From positions 75,578,001 to 75,642,000 of the forward strand of contig OX597820.1 in NCBI GenBank assembly GCA_951406725.2: 64,000 nt of DNA, given 5' to 3'. A program made the translations under genes and the position numbers. This DNA is from Octopus vulgaris. Its lineage: Eukaryota. The notes under the pieces are model-generated. The model saw only the letters and a list, made by a program, of their open reading frames with translations, did not search any database and had not been told where the DNA came from. This document shows positions 57,161 to 64,000 of the stretch, piece after piece (position 1 is the stretch's first letter; each line of letters begins with the position of its first letter).

Positions 57161-58530
57161 ACAATATGTTACATTACTCGGTAGTCAAGATAAAACTCTG
57201 AGTTTCAGATGCCGAAGTGGAAATCCACAACACCACCATCTCTTCGGTTATCTGGCTATTTGAAAACGTTATGAAAAAATACCGTTAAAAATGAAGGGAA
57301 ATTACTCTGTTATAACTCTGCTTTGCCTGCGTACTTATACATCGCTCGCATTTTTCGTCATAAAAATTATATAAAAATACATAAAAATATATAAAAATAT
57401 ATAAAAATATATAAAATCTTCTTGGGACATAACACAGAAAGCATGTTCTATCCGTTTTCTTTAGGGGACCAAAAACGTAACAGAAATTTAGTCACATGTG
57501 GGCATGATCCGAAAAGCTCTGTCCTTGTATTTAGACATGTGGTAGGGTCTAAGCTGCTTTTCCAGATAAGCCATCTCTCCATGTCGCATAAACCGCACCT
57601 TCCACTGCCGTTAGTATAGGGCTTACATCTGGCCAAAATCTTCCATTGTATGTTATAATCGACACCTTTATCTCTTCAAGACCAAATATGATTGGATAAT
57701 TGTGTCGCTTTTCTTTTGTTCCAGTGCCTAAAGTTCAAAGTGTGGTTATTGAACCTGGCCTTGAAATTACCCTCTGTCAGGCCCACGTATTTCTTCGTCG
57801 AAACGGTGTCTTTAGTGGTTATAGAGTTTACGGTAGCTTCATATATGATGGTCTTGGACATGCAAGCTCCATTTAGCGGGCACAATTCTTTATTCCTGCA
57901 TGAACAGCTGTTTTATTCTTGTGTTTTTTGTATGTTATGATTGATTATGTTTTTAAAATTGGTAGTTGAACTAAAACTAATTTTTAAATTGTGTCTATTG
58001 AAGAGTTTCCTATAAGCATGGTTAACTGGAAAATGTCTATCTATCAGTGCTAGGAAATATTTACCTATATTGAAGGCCACCTCGGGTGAGTAAGCCAGAT
58101 GACCTTCCTATTTCTATTATTCCTTTTCCTTATTGTTGGGCTGGTGATAGGTGTATATTTTATTTTTTCGCTAAAACCACTATCTTTTAAAGCTTTATTA
58201 TAAACTGGGGCAACGCTATTGAAGATGTCCTCATTAGATGAGAGGCTAGAAATCCTCTTACTAATATTTTTAACTAAATTTTTGAATACTATAGGGGGAT
58301 GGCATGAACCTACATTAATATAACTTAGTCTATCATTGGGCTTCCTATAAGGCTTATAAATATTATTATTAAGATCTAAGGAAACGTCTAAGAAATTGAC
58401 AACCGTCAGGTTAGTGTCTATAGTTATACTAAGTCCGAAGTGTTTCATTAACTGGATAATATCCTTCCTAAAACGATCTTGTGCTGGTCCATTTGTATTA
58501 GCTGTTAAGGCGAGGGCATCATTACATAAT
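57161..58530 (-). mobile_element. Penelope-like element (Naiad-like), 5'-truncated: RT C-terminus, GIY-YIG, 3' UTR with hammerhead
   Basis: VNFLDVSLDL..YKPYRKPND..SYINVGSCHPP; RNRKVIW; CSCRNKELCPLNGAC..IIYEATV..YVGLTEGNFKARFNNH; WKILARCKPY..CGLCDME..LNTRTEL..CPH. Frameshifts and stops present. Confidence 0.88.
57188..57253 (-). ncRNA. type-I hammerhead ribozyme-like motif in the PLE 3' end
   Basis: AGAUAA-CCGAAGA-GAUG..CAUC-U-GAAA-CUCAGAG-UU-UUAUCU; perfect 6-bp stem I; core has U4C. Confidence 0.65.
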
Positions 58531-58816
58531 ATTGAGGTCTCTTTCTTTCTTTTGTTATCTTACCGTTTTATCAATATATATATATAATGTATTAAAAAAT
58601 AAAATAAAACATATGCATATATATAAACATATATGTACGTACCTACCTCTACATGTACATATACATGCATATATGAGAACAGGACACCAAAAGGACGCCG
58701 AACACAATGAGAAACAAAAACATAGACACAAACCAAAGGAACTGGACATATATTTAAAAACAACAAAAAATAGAATACAGGACAAACAATTAACACAAAG
58801 AAAAAAACCCCTTCTT

Positions 58817-58854
<38 letters not shown>

Positions 58855-59090
58855 TTTTATTCATTATTAATTTTTTTTTCAGTCATTTGACTGCGGCCAT
58901 GCTAGAACACCGACTTTAGTCCAACGAAGCGATCCCCAATCTTATTCTTTGTAAACCTAGCACTTATTTATCAAATTCCTTTGTCGGGCCGCTAGGTTAC
59001 GGAGATGTAAACACAGCATCGTTTATCGAGCGATGGGGGATGACAAACACAGACAGACACATAAACATACGTACATACACATAAACATAC

Positions 59091-59129
<39 letters not shown>

Positions 59130-59392
59130 TTGGAGTCTAATAATACCATGTACGCCTATGAATATTTACAAACATACTTTCCCAATGATACTCGGTTTTT
59201 TTCTCAAACCTTTTATAATGTGATAAAAGTCTTTGGCGTACCAATGGCACGCGGCTGAAGAAGGCTTTTGATCTATCTGTTATATCGATTATGCATTGAT
59301 GTAAGAATAAGTTGTTCTATAAAGCCTGAAACATATGTACCGCAACATCTTTTGCGTCTTGTTTTTCATTTATTTCATTCGATACATACATA

Positions 59393-59512
<120 letters not shown>

Positions 59513-60004
59513 TATATATATATATATATGAATGTATGTATATGCATATATTCATCCCCATGTGTGTGTATCAGTATACAAAGCCTTTTGTATGTATATA
59601 CGTAATTAAATGTGTGTGCTTGTTTCAACATGAATCTGCGTGCGTTGATGCTTTTTCGAATGTATTTCCGTAGGTGTAGATTTTTGTTAATACTTTTTTT
59701 TTCTTTGATATTTCTTTAACAAGACAATCTACACCGGATCCCTTTTCTTCTTCCCTAGTAAAAGGGAGCTTTGGAGCCACGGCTGGCATCAGCAGGTTGT
59801 CCGTTAAAGCAAACAAGACGCGCTGTGACGCACCATATACTGAGCGCTCGGTTTTGTTTACACACACAACGCTGTTGAATATATGCTGACATATATGTCT
59901 CTCTCTCTTTTTCACTCTGCACCACCCCGGTTTCTCTCCTTCCACCACTCTCATGTAGGAGAGTGTGTGTATATATATATAAGTGTGTGTATATATGTGT
60001 GAGT

Positions 60005-60140
<136 letters not shown>

Positions 60141-60705
60141 GTATTTGTGAGTGTGTGTTGGTATATGACCATCTATTTACATATATCTATATGTGTTTAC
60201 GGATTTGTGTGTGTGTGCGTAGGTAGGTATATAATACATACAAGTATACGAATATGTGCGGATGTATATAAATGTGACATGAATCACTTTTCACATGCTT
60301 GCCACTCCGAGCAAATTTTAATGTTTATTTAAGAGTACATGTACAATCACATTTGTATTCGTCTACACACACGCAAACACAAACACACACACACACACAC
60401 ACACGCACACACACACACACACATAAATATATATATGTACACACATATGTCAAAATACGGAGGAGACAAGAGAAAAAAACAACACTGTACATATATATAT
60501 ACAATATGTATTACAATATATGTGGGTAAATATATATAGTATACAATAGTGTTATGTAAATATGTATGTATATATGTATGTGCCTATATGCGCATATTTT
60601 TTTGTGTATGTGTCTATATATATATATATGTATATAGAAACACATCCACAACAACTATGCACACATAGGCACATACATACATACATACATACATACATAC
60701 ATACA

Positions 60706-60740
<35 letters not shown>

Positions 60741-61268
60741 TTACATATCAATATTGTATACTATATATATTTACCCACATATATTGTATTATGTGTACAG
60801 GCACACATTCGTGTATATGCTTACGTCGCACACTCCCATGAATAGATATATATATGTATCTCTTCTATATTTCTCAGACATATACAGTATTATTTTGACA
60901 GCAGTTTCTACATACATTACGAAATTACATGCAAAACTTTGCCATTTATTCACTCAAGCAGTATCACACAGTCTGTCTGTCAGTCTCTCTCGCCCTCTCT
61001 TTGACTGGCTTTCTCTCTGTCTCTGTTTCTCTCTCTCTCTCTCTTTCTCTCTCTTGGTGTGTGCATGTGTGTACGCAAGTTTGTGTGGCTGTATGAATAT
61101 TTATAGGCGCAGGCGTGGCTGTGTGCTAAGAACCATGCTTCTCAACCACATGTTTCCGAGTTCAGTCCCACTGCGTGATACCTTCTACTATAGCGTCGAG
61201 TCGACCAGACTTGGTGAAAAGAATTGGTTGACGGAAACTGAAAGAAGCCCGTCGTGTATATATGTATA

Positions 61269-61317
<49 letters not shown>

Positions 61318-61612
61318 ATGTGTGTGTGTGTGTGTGTGCGTGTTTGTGTATGTGCGTGTATGTCTGTCTGTCTGTATGTGTGTGTGTTTTTCGCCCACCA
61401 TCGCTTGACAAACGGTGTTGGTGTGTTTTCCTCCCCGTAACTTAGCGTTTTGGCCTAAGAGACCGATAGAATAAGCACTAGGCTCTCAAAGATTAAGTCC
61501 AGGGGTCGATTTGTTCGACTAAATGCGGTGCTCCAGCCTGGCGTCAGTCAAATGACTGAAAAGATATGCATATATATATATATGTGTGTCTCTGTGTGTG
61601 TGTGTGTGTGTA

Positions 61613-61644
<32 letters not shown>

Positions 61645-61806
61645 ATTATGTGTATGCGTCTTTGTGTCTATGCTTGTCCCCCAACCATCGCTTGACAACC
61701 GATGTTCGTGCATTTGCGTCCCTGCAATATAGCGGTTCGGCAAAAGGACCGATAGAATAAGTAAAAGGCTTACAAAGAATAAGCCCTGCGGCTGATTTTC
61801 TTCGAC

Positions 61807-62286
<480 letters not shown>

Positions 62287-62414
62287 CAGCCGAAATTACT
62301 ACGATGATCCGGTTCTTGACTGAAGACTGAGGGTTTCGAATGTCCTGTCCGTGTTTATTGTATCGTCTTCTAAGAGTTATACGTTCTTGTCCATGTTGTA
62401 TTTTTCTACATACC

Positions 62415-62471
<57 letters not shown>

Positions 62472-62638
62472 CGACACGCAGGCAAACACTAACAAACACG
62501 CATATTTAGGTATTATTAATGTGTCTGTCAAAAATTGTGCGCTTCTCATTTTGTCCCACGCAAACAACACACGCACACACACACACACGTGTATGAGAAC
62601 ATGTTCGAATATATGTGCTGACGGGATATACTGGGTTT

Positions 62639-62682
<44 letters not shown>

Positions 62683-62915
62683 CTAAGTGTCTATATATGC
62701 ACGTACGCATGCTTGTACGAATGAGCGTACGTGTGGGTGTGCGTCTGTTGGCGTATTCTCCGAATCGCTACTTAGTTATTTGCCTACTTAAACCACCCAC
62801 ATCTTACGTTTTTAACAATACAGACTACATTTGTCTCTTCTCTCATCTATTCCTTCTTCGCATTCTCTCCCCCGCTATCTCTTTACCTCACTCCTTATCT
62901 CTTTCTTTATGTACG

Positions 62916-62987
<72 letters not shown>

Positions 62988-63125
62988 CTGTTTTTCTCTT
63001 TCATTCTAACTCCGCTTTATTTCTCTGTGTCCTTGTCATGTCTGTAAACACATTTACATGCATAAAAATATCATTAAAAATATCTCTTTTTCTTTCTCTC
63101 CCCTTCCTCTCACTCTCTCTCTCTC

Positions 63126-63160
<35 letters not shown>

Positions 63161-63409
63161 ATGTGTGTATACATATATACATATATATATATACATAAAT
63201 TTATATATACATAGATATACATATATAGATATACATATATATATATATATATATATATTTATTATATATACAGGACTATACTGTTTCATCAAGAGAAATA
63301 GCTTCCTGAAGATTTCTCTTATATATATACTCCTTCTATATAATAAATTAATTTTACTCTGCTATACAGTACTTACTTACTGTGGTTAACCCCGAATCAA
63401 CCCGGGACC

Positions 63410-63451
<42 letters not shown>

Positions 63452-63457
63452 CATACA

Positions 63458-63495
<38 letters not shown>

Positions 63496-63605
63496 TTGTA
63501 TTTGGGGATGGTCATGTTGCCAGTTTAGCCAATAAAAACACACGCACTATATATCTGCTGATAATTTGCTTCAGCTTTATTTTATCTTATATATTAATCG
63601 TATTT

Positions 63606-63648
63606 CCGCTAGAGTTCTTTCGTCACACATCTGTGACCTCATCAGTGG
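63606..63648 (-). ncRNA. minimal hammerhead-like motif in a TA-flanked PLE-type fragment (about 63495-63705)
   Basis: CCA-CUGAUGA-G-GUCAC-agaugu-GUGAC-GAAA-GAACUC-UA-GCGG; near-palindromic stem III; stem I imperfect. Confidence 0.55.
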
Positions 63649-63706
63649 TCCTTTGCTTTCTTCTTTCTTATTTGTGTGTCTTTCCTTACTAATGATCAGC
63701 CATTTT

Positions 63707-63777
<71 letters not shown>

Positions 63778-64000
63778 GTGTATGTATGTATATTTAAACG
63801 GCCCAGATCACAATATTTCCCCTTAACGGAACACTGATCCGTTGAATGCTTCAAGGCCAGCAGGTTTGAGGGAAGAATTAGAGTTAAGTCGATTTCACTG
63901 ACCATAGAGCTTAAGTGGTATTTTATCTTACCGACCCCTTCTGTGGAATTTGGACTGAGAACGTAAAGGTTTGGAAGAAATGCTGCTACGGATTTTGTCT

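Noticed and set aside
57676-57678. In-frame TGA as selenocysteine in the Naiad-like PLE
   Set aside because: It falls in WS*RDKG, where a hydrophobic residue rather than Cys is expected. The copy has other lesions and I saw no clear SECIS.
60562-61440. 292-aa ORF and the many YI/CV/HT/poly-I/poly-N ORFs throughout the window
   Set aside because: They are stop-free translations of microsatellites and SINE sequence with no protein-like content.

Overview
This is AT-rich eukaryotic non-coding DNA (intronic or intergenic), saturated with microsatellites and transposon debris. The repeat families look like those of a coleoid cephalopod, probably Octopus; that is my recognition, not a database result. 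I found no host protein-coding exon, and almost all listed ORFs are translations of simple repeats. Real coding remnants are R4/Dong-type RLE non-LTR retrotransposons (several sitting inside (TAA)n tracts), Penelope-like elements (PLEs; RT and GIY-YIG fragments, one Naiad-like) and CR1/L2-type fragments. There are also at least three tRNA-derived SINE families (one forming modular multimers, one carrying an internal microsatellite), several MITEs and a Helitron-like end. The most notable signal is about a dozen type-I hammerhead-ribozyme (HHR) folds in at least five sequence families, read by eye. They include a young, ORF-less ~594-nt retrozyme-like unit with two inverted canonical GUC hammerheads (37231-38305) and a 38-nt family with a fixed CUGUNGA core variant and covarying stem I. 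Coordinates of degenerate repeats are approximate, and no folding or database search was run.
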